A stretch of 36,803 nt of DNA. Source: Raillietiella orientalis. Taxonomy: Eukaryota. This document shows positions 1 through 11,440 of this stretch, one piece after another. The notes beneath the pieces were generated by a model. That model did not search any database and was not told the origin of the DNA. It was given only the letters and a program-made list of their open reading frames with translations. Position 1 is the first letter of the stretch. Each line of letters begins with the position of its first letter. Location: positions 372,001 through 408,803 of the forward strand of contig JAYWIR010000072.1 of the NCBI GenBank assembly GCA_036172245.1, written 5' to 3'. The translations under genes and the position numbers were made by a program.

Positions 1-1619
1 GAGGACCTTCTCGCCATTATGCCCGTAAAAGACATGGGCTATTTCAAGGTGCGTTGCAAAGACGCTGCACTTGTGCAACGTTTGCTGCGCACCCCGTTGT
101 CGATCCGTGGCCAGAAGGTCTTCCCGGCCGCCATGGACGACTCATTTGTGGTGGAGATTTTCGACATCGAGTCGGAAATCTCCGATACTGATATTCGGAA
201 CGCGTTGGCGAAATTCGCAACGGTCCATGCGCTGTGGAGGGTGCGTAGCAACCTCAAGGACTTCCCGTCCATACACAGCGGAGTCGCTGGAATCCAGCTT
301 TGTGCCCGGACCGCCGTCTGCCTGCAAACTACAGCTGAATGACACGGTCGTTCACACGCAGTTCATCAGGCAAAGTAAAAACGTGCGAGCAATGCGGGAA
401 GGGGGGGCATTGTTTGGATAAATGCCCCTCTGGAAAATGCCGAATTATTACAAACTATCCGAACTCCAGTGAAAATTGCCCGGATCTTTTGCGAAGAAAG
501 GCAGCCGCAGAGCTCGATCTTAAAAAACAAAACGCGGATAAAAAGAAAAAATCTGCGAGAAACCTGGAGATTCCACGGCAGAAATTCCGAAAAAACGCGA
601 GGCGGAATGTCGCCCCAAAGCAGCAGGAAACCTCGCAAGCGAAGCCCGGCGCGCCCCCTCTCGCGGCAGGGAAGCCGCAAAAGAAAGGGTGCGGGGAATC
701 CGGGGCAATGGTAAGTCCCCCTAGGCGCAATAGCTGTCCTTCATAAGCACACTCAGCTCTTTCGGAGTTTTAGTAACCGGCGGGGACGTCAATCGACAAC
801 GGAGGTAAGGACACTTCCAGTACCGTCAGATTCATTCCTCCACCTCCTGCAGTGGCTGAGAAGCACAAATCGGGTAAGAAGGGTTATGCCGTGTCGACTT
901 TGAAAGTCGGCAAAGAAAAATCCGCGTCGAGATCCAACACCGCGAAAGCGGAGAAAAATCTCATGCCTTCGCAGTCGGATAGCAAGCTCTCGACTGGCGC
1001 GGATGCCATGCCAACGAAGGGATTAGAAGCCCTTCCGAAGGCACGGTCCATGACGAGCGTGTCGGAGCTATCGAAACTGCTCCAGTTTAAAGACGCGGAT
1101 GGCTTCAAAGATGGCAATGGAGCACAATCTCCATTTACGGCCTGCAGTGAACAATGAAGTAGGAGCCAGCAAGGTCCCTCGTTCTGTAGCTGCAGAGCAC
1201 GCACGCTGAAAACAACCTTCGGGAAAGCAGCCGTCACCAAAAGCGATGCCCTGGTGACGGAAAACGAAAACAGGACAGCTGTCAATCCAGCAGAACCTGT
1301 CACTGCTTCGCGGAAGGCCGAAATCCGATCGAACAGGCGCCGGTCGGACTCCGAAATGGATGCCGTTCCGATCACCGAGACGAGGACAACTCGTTCGAAA
1401 GCGTGTGCGCGCCGATCAAAAGTAGGCAGCCAGGCAACGCTCGCCGCGAAGCAACGCGAAGTCTCCACGAAACCCGACGGGGTTCAGCCTGGCGTGGAGG
1501 CATTACATGCATGCAGCACGACAGAGGACGGTGGCGACCGTCCCCTCCAGCCAGTCGTGCTGCTCGCCGTCTGCTCGCCGGATAAAGCGAGAAAAAAGCC
1601 GCCACCTTCCCAGCAGTAA
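1..1619 (+). pseudogene. A1 ORF1 (nucleic-acid-binding, zinc knuckle), partial and disrupted
   Basis: Fragments 19..342, 339..746, 852..1157 and 1254..1619 are collinear with A2 ORF1; contains CEQCGKGGHCLDKC; several indels and stops. Confidence 0.9.
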
Positions 1620-4600
1620 TGCGGGGAATCGCGTCTTCTCGTCGTCTGTCCGTAACGTGTTGGAACGTGAACGGACTGCAGAACGACGAGAAGAGGCGAT
1701 TAGTAGCCAACGCTCTGCGCCCCTTCGACCTCGCGCTCCTGCAGGAGATTCACGTAATCTCCGACGAGCAGGCAGCCGAAATCGAGGAGCGCGCAGGCGG
1801 AACGCTACATTGGCGGTGCGGCGGCGTACACACGTGCGGCGTCGCGTTCCTCGTAAGAGGAAAAATGGCGGAAGCGGTGCGTAGTGTTCGTTTCGATGAC
1901 AACGGACGGATAGGCCAGCTTGTCATCAAGTGGTCCGAGTCCATCGATCTCGTCGTTACGAACGTCTACGCGCCGAGTGGCTCTCGCTACCTCGAAGAAA
2001 GAGTAGCTTTCTTTGGTGAGGTGCATAGCCACTGGCTCAACAACTCCGGTTTCCAAGTGGCGCACCTCGTGGCTGGGGACTTCAACGTCCGCCTGCTCTC
2101 CGACGATTGGAGCCGCTTGAGGGAGCGCGCGCTGCCCATCGAGATGTGCGCGTCCGTGCACGCCGCCAACTTGATGGTCAGCGAACCTGGAATGGAAAGA
2201 TCGCTCGATCACGTTTTTCTCGATGAAAACCTGCATTCGCGTGTGGGTAGGAGAGGAAGATTGTTGACTAGGCTTTCTGACCAGCACAGGTTGGAGTTTG
2301 AGATCCTTCCGCCAGGCAGGGGACCTCCGTTGCAAAGCTGGAGAATGCAGGCGGATTGGCTTAGCCAACCGGAGGCTGCGGAGCATCTACGTGGATACCT
2401 CCGGGGCTTTGCCATTCAAGAACTTGCGGACTGGGACGATCTCAAAAGATCTGTCCGCGAGTTCTGCTGCCAATTCCCCTTGCACCGGCTTCCACGCGGT
2501 TTCGGAGAGGGCGTGGCCAACAGTAGAGACTTTCTGCAGGCCCGCACGTTTTCGAGACGCGCGGATGTCGGGCGTCTCGCAGAGTACAAGGCGAGGGCCG
2601 AGCGCCAGGTCTGGCAGTCCGGAGCAGCATGCCTGCTGGACGACAAAGGCCAGGAATGTTCGGCCCCAGCCGAAGTACGCCGCATTGTGAGACGCTACTA
2701 CTCCTCGCTCTACGCGGATTCCCCGACGGAGGATATTCTTTCTGAGATACTCCTGTCTCAGGATGCTCGTGTTGTCGGCGAGGAGGAACGCGAACGTCTC
2801 GACGAGCCCTTCACGGCGGATGAATTTTCGTCCGCCATCGCTGGGCTGAAGAGACGAAAGGCGCCAGGCGAGGATGGGCTCCCTGCAGAGTTTTATCAGT
2901 GCTTTGCAGTGGAGCTCATTCCTTTGATGCTGAAACTCGCGACGCTGATGAGTGAATCCGGAAATGTCCCTGATTCCTTCCGCTCAGCGAAGGTGCGTCT
3001 CCTGCCGAAAGGCGGAGACTTGCGCCAACTTAACAACTGGCGTCCGATCACCTTGGTGAACTCGGACGTCAAGTTGTTTTCCAAGCTGTGGGTCGCGCGG
3101 TTAGGAAGAATCGCGGAATCTGTGGTGAGCCCGGAACAAACCTACGCGGTTCCGGGACGATCCATGGAGGCGAACATCCTTTTCGCGAGTACATGGATGC
3201 AGCTGCAGGAAGTTGTGGCGCAGCAAAGCCAGGCTGCTGCGAAAGTCACTGCCGCAGGCAAAAAGAACAGGCGCCGACGGCAGGAGGAAACGCCAGGTGC
3301 CTTGGCGGTCGCGGTCGATCTCCACAAGGCGTTCGACTGCGTAAACCAGAAGCTGCTTTTGGAGCATATGGAACGCCTTGGGTTCCCGGCGCAACTCCTG
3401 CTGTATTTGCGCGCGTGCTGGCGCCACGCGCTAACCTGCATCACTTTTAGCGGCTGCCGCGTGTATGGTATTACCGTTCGTAGGGGCATCCGACAGGGCG
3501 ACAGCTTAAGCCCGTTGCTCTTCAGCATCTTCTTTGAGTTGGTGCTAAGAGCATACAGGCTGACGCTGTCTCACTTGCCAAGCTCCTGCACGGGAACGCC
3601 TGCCGTGGCCGCCTACGCTGATGACCTGCTTCTTCTGCACCCCATGTGCACCGCGGCGTCCAGTGTCGAGGATTTCTTCGACCTGATTCGTCGGGGAGCG
3701 GGCGTGAGCGTGAACAGAGAGAAGAGCGCGATCGTTCCTGTGGGTACGTCGTGGGAGGGGCAGTCCGACTGGATCCGCCTGGGGATCCCTACGGGCGGGT
3801 ACTTCAAGTACCTTGGCGTTTCGTCGGGTGCTTTCGGCGCAGGCAAAGCGTGGGCGGACTGTCTTCGGGAAGCAGATTTGGCCATCAGACCGTTCTTTAA
3901 CGGCAAGTTCACCTTGCAGGAACGGGCGACTATTTAGAACACCTTTGTGGCCCCGCTCGTCCGTCCCCTGTTTTTTGTTTTGGAGTCCCCCTATACGGCG
4001 AAACAGCGGGCTAAACGCCTGCTCAGGAACGCTCTCTGGGGTCCGGCGAGATCCAGGATCCGCCTTAAAGATTTGTCAGCTCCGCGTCGGGATGCTGGTT
4101 TGGGTATCTTGACAATGGAGCGAATCGGACTGCAGGTGCAGTTCCGACTGCTGGCACTGTGTGCCCAGCTATGGACATCCCCCCTGTGTGTGCCAGCTCG
4201 CATTCTCCTGCGGAGATGCGCCGGCAGCGGAGGATTTCTCTCGCTTTTGCCGGGCACTCAATACAGGAAGCGGGGTTTCGTGTTTCCATTGCGGCAGTTG
4301 ACCGCACTTCTGGAAGCACACTCTTGGATCTCCTGTCGCCCAATGAACTTTGAAGCTTGGCGGCAGGAGTCTGTTGAATCCTGGGCGGCGTTCCAAGGAA
4401 TACGCTTTGAAGATCTTCGCCCCCTGCGCCAATTTTTTCCACGATCCTTGGAAGAAGTACTCCAGGACGAGGTGAAGTTTTCTACCCTGGCTGCCACGCC
4501 TCTTGCCGCAGCGCTGTCTGCCCTCAGGGCAAGAAACGAAAGTTACCAACCGGCGAGGTGGAAGGTTGCCTGCACTATAGCGGGAAAAACCAAAATCCTT

Positions 4601-5212
4601 GGCGCCTGGAAGACAAGTGAGTTGGCGCACGCCGCCACTTTTAGTGTTACAGCAAAGGGACTCCTCCGGTGGGAAGAAGAACTTGCTGTCACCCCCGAAG
4701 AACTTGTAGTCCCTCCACAGTGTATGGACAGTTCGCTGCTCCCCCTTGCTTGGAAACAAGCCGTGCTGCTTTTCGTTCACTGGGGTTTTCAGTGCAACGA
4801 GCGTTGGCATCGTGACTCCGGGGGACTTGCGTCTGCGAACTGCGTTCGGTGCGGATCGACGGAGTCGCTTCCGCACCTACTTCTGGACTGCGGTGTCCTA
4901 CAAGGACTGTGGCGTAGGCTGGCAACAGCACTATTGCATCCCGTGGACACCGCAAGAGACTTGCTGCGACGAGTCTTCACGCCGAGCGGGCTTTCAGTAA
5001 GCGCAAGGATTGCAACCATCGGTTGCATACGCGCGATAGTTTCCGTCCGCCAGGCGTTGGTAATCAACGGACAGCACCAAGAGGTAATCAGCAAAGCATC
5101 CTTCTACATAGGAGCATCCGCTAGATGGCCTCATTTGACAGAGGAGACAAAGAGGAATCTCGCCGCAATACACCGCCGGTTTACACACCCTCATCAGCGG
5201 CCAACCCGGTGA
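1619..5212 (+). pseudogene. A1 ORF2: APE endonuclease, reverse transcriptase and C-terminal CCHC finger (~1197 codons), one premature stop
   Basis: Motifs WNVNGL, LQE, NVYAP, GDFN, SDQH (SDHH in A2); KAPGEDG, NWRPITL, DLHKAFD, GIRQGDSLSP, YADD, YLG; CVRCGSTESLPHLLLDC. TAG at 3935-3937 where A2 has TGG. Confidence 0.95.
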
Positions 5213-5495
5213 TCATTGCCCTACCCTCCATAAACTAAATTTGTATTTTCTTTTTACACCCGCGTCCCCATAGGCTCCGGAACATTTGAGGTGCTCATCG
5301 TTTAAATCCCCGTGAGTACGGAGCCTCACCAAAAACCCTTTTCCCTTCCCTCCAGTTTTTGATTTTTGTTTGTTTCCCCTCATTCCCCCCACGCTGCGAG
5401 CGGTTTGTTTACCAGGCCTGCGTGGCGGTAATTTTCCTATGTTCTCTGTCGTTCTGTTGGTTGGGGACATTGTCCCTGACCAGTTTATTATTATT

Positions 5496-5525
5496 AATAA
5501 ACGCCCCGGCGTGACCGGGTGATAA
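5496..5525 (+). other. 3'-terminal motif of A1: AATAAA plus CCCGG/CCGGG stem-loop
   Basis: aataaacgccccggcgtgaccgggtgataa; recurs at the ends of A2, B1, B2, C and E. Confidence 0.85.
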
Positions 5526-5534
5526 ATTTCAATC
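5526..5534 (+). repeat. Direct repeat ATTTCAATC flanking A2 (TSD-like; partner at 11441-11449)
   Basis: Identical 9-mer on both sides of A2; the right copy continues into the E endonuclease frame (D)FNLCLL. Confidence 0.75.
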
Positions 5535-5535
5535 G

Positions 5536-5550
5536 AGTGCGGACGTGTTT
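5536..5550 (+). promoter_or_regulatory. Conserved 5'-terminal motif of A2 (candidate internal promoter)
   Basis: AGTGCGGACGTGTTT; similar 15-mers at the 5' ends of C, B1 and H. Confidence 0.55.
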
Positions 5551-5612
5551 TTCTTCGCTCTCGTCTCCGTGCTTTCATCCGCTTCATCTTGGCGTCGTAC
5601 ATTTTGACGACG

Positions 5613-7534
5613 ATGTCGACCCAACTTGAAGCTACTGAAGTTGGAGGAACAGCATCCGGATCTGCAATCGCGGAACCGACGGCCGCCTCCACTTCGTCTT
5701 TCTCGCCAATGGAGAGGAGTTTTGCTGACGTTGCTGCCACAGCAGCCGTCAAAGGGAAACCACTCGACGAGTCGGAGTTGCGGGCACACGTAGCCCAAGG
5801 CTATAGACCTGCTCTCCGATATAAGGTGAGTGGTTTTCTTTCTGCGCGCGACGGGAATCAGTTCAACGATGAACTGACGCGTGTTGGCGTGCGGGAGGAG
5901 GACCTTCTCGCCATTATGCCCGTAAAATACATGGGCTATTTCAAGGTGCGTTGCAAAGACGCTGCACTTGTGCAACGCTTGCTGCGCACCCCGTTGTCGA
6001 TCCGTGGCCAGAAGGTCTTCCCGGCCGCCATGGACGACTCATTTGTGGTGGAGATTTTCGACATCGAGTCGGAAATCTCCGATACTGATATTCGGAACGG
6101 GTTGGCGAAATTCGCCACGGTCCATGCGCTGTGGAGGGTGCGTAGCAACCTCAAGGACTTCCCGTCCATACACAGCGGAGTCGCTGGAGTCCGGCTTACA
6201 ATGCCGGACCGCCGTCTGCTGCCTACCAAACTACAGGTGAATGACACGGTCGTTCACCTGTGGTTCGTGGGCAAAGTAAAAACGTGCGAGCAATGCGGGA
6301 AGGAGGGGCATTGTTTGGATAAATGCCCCTCTGGAAAATGCCGTTATTGCAAACTATCCGGGCACCAATTGAAAAATTGCCCGGATCTTTTGCGAAAAAA
6401 GGCAACCGCGGAGCTCCATTTTAAAAAACAGAGCGCGGATAAAAAGAAAAAATCTGCGAAAAACCTGGAGACCCCACGGCAGAAATTCGGTAAAAACGCG
6501 AGGCGGAATGTCGCCCCAAAGCAGCAGGAAACCTCGCACGCGAAGCCCTGCGCGCCCCCTCTCGCGGCAGGGGAGCCGCAAAAGAAAGGGTGCGGGGAAT
6601 CCGGGGCAATGGTAAGTCCCCCTAGGCGCAATAGCTGTGCTTTCCAAGCACGCCCGGCTCTCTCGGAGTTCAAGCAACCGGCGAAGACGCCAATAAGCAA
6701 CGGCAATAAGGACACTTCCAGTACCGTCAGATCCATTCCTTCACCTCCGGCAGTGGCTGAGAAGCCCAAATAGGGTAAGAAGGGTTGTGCCGTGTCAACC
6801 TCGAAAGTCGGCAAAAAAAAATCCGCGTCGCGATCCAAGACCGCGAAAGCGGAGAAAAATCTCACGCCGTCGCAGTCGGAGAGCAAGCTCTTGACTGGAG
6901 CGGATGCCATGCCAAAGAAGGGTAATAAGGTTCTTCCGAAGGCAGCGACCATTACGAGCGTGTCGGAGCCATTGGAAGTGCTCCCGTTTGAAGACGCGTG
7001 TGGCTACAAAGATGACAATGGAGCACAATCTCCATTTACGGCGCCCCGCGAAGTGAGGAACCGTAATGAAGTAAAGAAGACTTCAGCAAAGGTCCCTCGT
7101 GCAACTGCGCGTGAGCACGCTGAGAACGCGCTTGCCGGGAAAGCAGCCGTCACCAAAAGCGATGCTCTGTAGACGGAAAGAGACAACAGGACAGCTGTCA
7201 ATCCAGCAGAACCTGTGACTACTTCGCGGAAGGCCGAAACGCGATCGAACTTGCGCCGGTCGTACTCCGAAATGGATGCCGTTCCGATCACCGAGACGAG
7301 GACAACTCGTTCAAAATCGTGTGCGCTTTGATCAAAAGTAGGCAGCCAGGCAACGCTCGCCGCGAAAAAACGCGAAGTCTGCACGGAACCCGACGGGGCT
7401 ATGCCTGGCGTGGAGGCATTACATGCATGCAGCACGACAGAGGACGGTGGCGACCGCCCCTCCAGCCAGTCGTGCTGCTCGCCGTCTGCTCGCTGGATAA
7501 AGCGAGCAAAAAGCTGCCACCTTCCCAGCAGTAA
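5613..7534 (+). pseudogene. A2 ORF1 with two CCHC zinc knuckles and a long basic low-complexity tail
   Basis: ATG at 5613; RSFADV; CEQCGKEGHCLDKC and CRYCKLSGHQLKNC; premature stops (e.g. 6771-6773, 7170-7172); ends SQQ-TAA overlapping the ORF2 ATG. Confidence 0.9.
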
Positions 7535-10500
7535 TGCGGGGAATTTCGTCTTCTCGTCGTCTGTCCGTAACGTGTTGGAACGTGAACGGGCTGCAGAACG
7601 ACGAGAAGAGGCGATTAGTAGCCAACGCCCTGCGCCCCTTCGACCTCGCGCTCCTGCAGGAGATTCACGAAATCTCCGACGAGCAGGCAGCCGAAATCGA
7701 GGAGCGCGCAGGCGTAACGCTACATTGGCGGTGCGGCGGCGCACACACGTGCGGCGTCGCGTTCCTCGAAAGAGGAAAAATGGCGGAAGCGGTGCGTAGT
7801 GTTCGTTTCGATGACGACGGACGGATAGGTTAGCTTGTCATCAAGTGGTCCGAGTCCATCGATCTCGTCGTTACGAACGTCTACGCGCCGAGTGGCTCTC
7901 GCTACCTCGAAGAAAGAGTAGCTTTCTTTGGTGAGGTGCAGAGCCAGTGGCTCAACAACTCCGGCTTCCAAGTGGCGCACCTCGTCGCTGGGGACTTCAA
8001 CGTCCGCCTGCTCTCCGACGATTGGAGCCGCCCGAGGGAGCGCGCGCTGCCCATCGAGATGTGCGCGTCCGTGCACGCCGCCAAGTTGATGGTCAGCGAA
8101 CCTGGAATGGAAAGATCGCTCGATCACGTTTTCCTCGATGAAAACCTGCATTCGCGTGTGGGCAGGAGAAGAAGATTGTTGACTAGGCTTTCTGACCACC
8201 ACAGGTTGGAGTTTGAGATCCTTCCGCCAGGCAGGGGGCCTCCGTTGCAAAACTGGAGGATGCAGGCGGATTGGCTTAGCCAACCGGAGGCTGCGGAGCA
8301 TCTACGTGGATACCTCCGAGGCTTTGCCATTCAAGAACTTGCGGACTGGGACGATCTCAAAAGATCTGTCCGCGAGTTCTGTTGCCAATTCCCCTTGCAC
8401 CGGCTTCCACGCGGTTTCGGAGAGGGCGTGGCCAACAGTAGAGACTTTATGCAGGCCCGCACGTTTTCGAGACGCGCGGATGTCGGGCGTCTCGCAGAGT
8501 ACAAGGCGAGGGCCGAGCGCCAGGTCTGGCAGTCCGGAGCAGCATGCCTGTTGGACGACAAGGGCCAGGAATGTTCGGCCCCAGCCGAAGTACGCCTAAT
8601 TGTGAGACGCTACTACTCCTTGCTGTCCGCGGATTCCCCGACGGAGGATATTCTCTCTGAGATACTCCTGTCTCATGATGCTCGTGTTGTCGGCGAGGAG
8701 GAGCGCGAACGTCTCAACGAGCCCTTCACGGCGGATGAATTTTCGTCCGCAATCGCTGGGCTGGAGAGACGAAAGTCGCCAGGCGAGGATGGGCTTCCTG
8801 CAGAGTTTTATCAGTGCTTTGCAGTGGAGCTCATTCCCTTGATGCTGAAACTCGCGACGCTGATGAGTGAATCCGGGAATGTCCCGGATTCCTTCCGCTC
8901 AGCGAAGGTGCGTCTCCTGCCGAAAGGCGGAGACTTGCGTCAACTTGACAACTGGCGTCCGATCACCTTGGTGAACTCGGACGTCAAGTTGTTTTCCAAG
9001 CTGTGGGTCGCGCGGTTAGGAAGTATCGCGGAATCTGTGGTGAGCCCGGAACAAACCTACGCGGTTCCGGGACGATCCATGGAGGCGAACATCCTTTTCG
9101 CGCGTACATGGATGCAGCTGCAGGAAGTTGTGGCGCAGCAAAGCCAGGCTGCTGAGAAAGTCACTGCCGCAGGCAAAAAGAACAGGCGCCGACGGCAGGA
9201 GGGAACGCCAGGTGCCTTGGCGGTCGCGGTCGATCTCCACAAGGCGTTCGACTGCGTAAACCAGAAGCTGCTTTTGGAGCTTATGGAACGCCTTGGGTTC
9301 CCGGCGCAACTCCTGCTGTATGTGCGCGCGTGCTGGCGCCACGCGCTAACCTGCATCACTTTTAGCGGCTGCCGCGTGTATGGTATTCCCGTTCGTAGGG
9401 GCATCCGACAGGGCGACAGCTTAAGCCCGTTGCTCTTCAGCATCTTCTTTGAGTTGGTGCTAAGAGCATACAGGCTGACGCTGTCTCACTTGCCAAGCTC
9501 CTGCCCGGGAACGCCTGCCGTGGCCGCCTACGCTGATGACCTGCTTCTTCTGCTCCCCATGTCCACCCCGGCGTCCAGTGTCTAGGATTTCTTCGACCTG
9601 ATTCGTCGGGGAGCGGGCGTGAGCGTGAACAGAGAGAAGAGCGTGGTCGTTCCTGTGGGTACGTCGTGGGAGGGGCAGTCCGACTGGATCCGCCTGGGGA
9701 TCCCCACGGGCGGGTACCTTAAGTACCTTGGCGTTCCGTTGGGCGCTTTCGGCGCAGCCGAAGCGTGGGCGGAGTATCTTCAGAAAGCAGAGTTGGCCAT
9801 CAGCCCGTTCTTTAACGGCAAGTTTACCTTGCAGGAACGGGCGACTATTTGGAACACCTTTGTGGCCCCCCTCCTCCGTCCCCTGTTTTTTGTTTTGGAC
9901 CCCCCCTATGCGGCAAAACAGCGGGCTAAGCGCCTGCTCAGGAACGCTCTCTGGGGTCCCGCGAGATCCAGGATCCGCCTTAAAGATTTGTCAGCTCCGC
10001 GTCGGGATGCTGGTTTGGGTATCCTGACAATGGAGCGAATCGAACTGCAGGTGCAGTTCCGACTGCTGGCACTGTGTGCCCAGCTATGGACATCCCCCCT
10101 GTGTGTGCCAGCTCGCATTCTCCTGCGGAGATGCGCCGGCAGCGGAGGATTTCTCTCTCTTTTGCCGGGCACTCAATACAGGAAGCGGGGTTTCGGGTTT
10201 CCATTGCGGCAGTTGACCGCACTTCTGGAAGCACACTCTTGGATCTCCTGCCGCCCAATGAACTTTGAAGCTTGGCGGCAGGAGTCTGTTGAATCCTGGG
10301 CGGCGTTCCAAGGAATACGCCCTGAAGATCTTCGCCCCCGGCGCCAATTTTTTCCACGATCCTTGGAAGAAGTACTGCAGGACGAGGTGAAGTTTTCTAC
10401 CCTGGCTGCCACGCCTCTTGCCGCAGCGCTGTCTGCCCTCAGGGCAAGAAACGACAGTTACCAACCGGCGAGGTGGGAGGTTTCCTGCACGATAGCGGGA

Positions 10501-11127
10501 AGAACCAAACTCCTTGGCACCTGGAAGACAAGTGAGTTGGCGGACGCCGCCACTCCTCGGGTTACTGCAAAGGGACTCCTCCGGTGGGCAGAAGAACTTG
10601 CTGTCACCCCCGAAGAACTTGTAGTCCCTCCACAGTGTATGGACAGTTCGCTGCTCCCCCTTGCTTGGAAACAAGCCGTGCTGCTTTTCGTTCACTGGGG
10701 TTTTCAGTGCAACGAGCGTTGGCATCGTGACTCTGGGGGACTTGCGTCTGCGAACTGCGTTCGGTGCGGATCGACGGAGTCGATTCCGCACCTACTTCTG
10801 GACTGCGGTGTCCTACAAGGACTGTGGCGTAGGCTGGCAACAGCACTATTGCATCCCGTGGACACCGCAAGAGACTTGCTGCGACGATTCTTCACGCCGA
10901 GCGGGCTTTCAGTAAGCGCAAGGATTGCAACTATCGGTTGCATACGCGCGATAGTTTCCGTCCGCCAGGCGTTGGTAATCAACGGACAGTACCAAGAGGT
11001 AATCAGCAAAGCATCCTTCTACATGGGAGCATCCGCTAGATGGCCTCATTTGACAGAGGAGACAAAGAGGAATCTCGCCGCAATACACCGCCGGTTTACA
11101 CACCCTCATCAGCGGCCAACCCGGTGA
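7534..11127 (+). pseudogene. A2 ORF2 (EN-RT-CCHC) with two in-frame stops
   Basis: ORF pieces 7534..7833, 7936..9585 and 9619..11127 share one frame; TAG at 7831-7833 and 9583-9585; same motifs as A1. Confidence 0.95.
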
Positions 11128-11410
11128 TCCTTGCCCTACCCTCCATAAACTAAATTTGTATTTTCTTTTTACACCCGCGTCCCCATAGGCTCCGGAACAT
11201 TTGAGGTGCTCATCGTTTAAATCCCCGTGAGTACGGAGCCTAACCAAAATCCCTTTTCCCTTCCCTCCAGTTTTTGATTTTTGTTTGTTTCCCCTCATTC
11301 CCCCCACGCTGCGAGCGGTTTGTTTACCAGGCCTGCGTGGCGGTAATTTTTCTATGTTCTCTGTCGTTCTGTTGGTTGGGGACATTGTCCCTGACCAGTT
11401 TATTATTATT

Positions 11411-11440
11411 AATAAACGCCCCGGCGTGACCGGGTGATAA
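11411..11440 (+). other. 3'-terminal AATAAA plus stem-loop motif of A2
   Basis: Identical to 5496-5525. Confidence 0.85.

Larger units (their letters stand above)
1..5525 (+). mobile_element. Non-LTR retrotransposon copy A1 (L1/Tx1-like); 5' end lies upstream of the window
   Basis: ORF1 remnant, ORF2 (EN-RT-CCHC) and a 3' UTR ending AATAAACGCCCCGGCGTGACCGGGTGATAA; near-identical to A2 at an offset of 5915 bp at the 3' end. Confidence 0.95.
5535..11440 (+). mobile_element. Non-LTR retrotransposon copy A2, apparently full length (~5.9 kb)
   Basis: 5' motif AGTGCGGACGTGTTT, ORF1, ORF2, 3' terminal stem-loop and flanking 9-bp direct repeats. Confidence 0.95.

Noticed and set aside
1619..5212. 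Bacterial RT system (group II intron, retron, DGR) or LTR element
   Set aside because: The APE endonuclease N-terminal to the RT, CCHC ORF1 and variable-length TSDs indicate non-LTR elements; no integrase, protease or LTRs are seen
5496..5525. Terminal hairpin as a rho-independent terminator, CRISPR repeat or a duplicated snRNA/tRNA target
   Set aside because: No U-tract follows and spacing is irregular. It lies inside the TSD-defined element boundaries, and I recognise no known RNA gene in it.
1..11440. A1/A2 tandem as an assembly artefact
   Set aside because: The copies differ by many substitutions, indels and distinct stop codons
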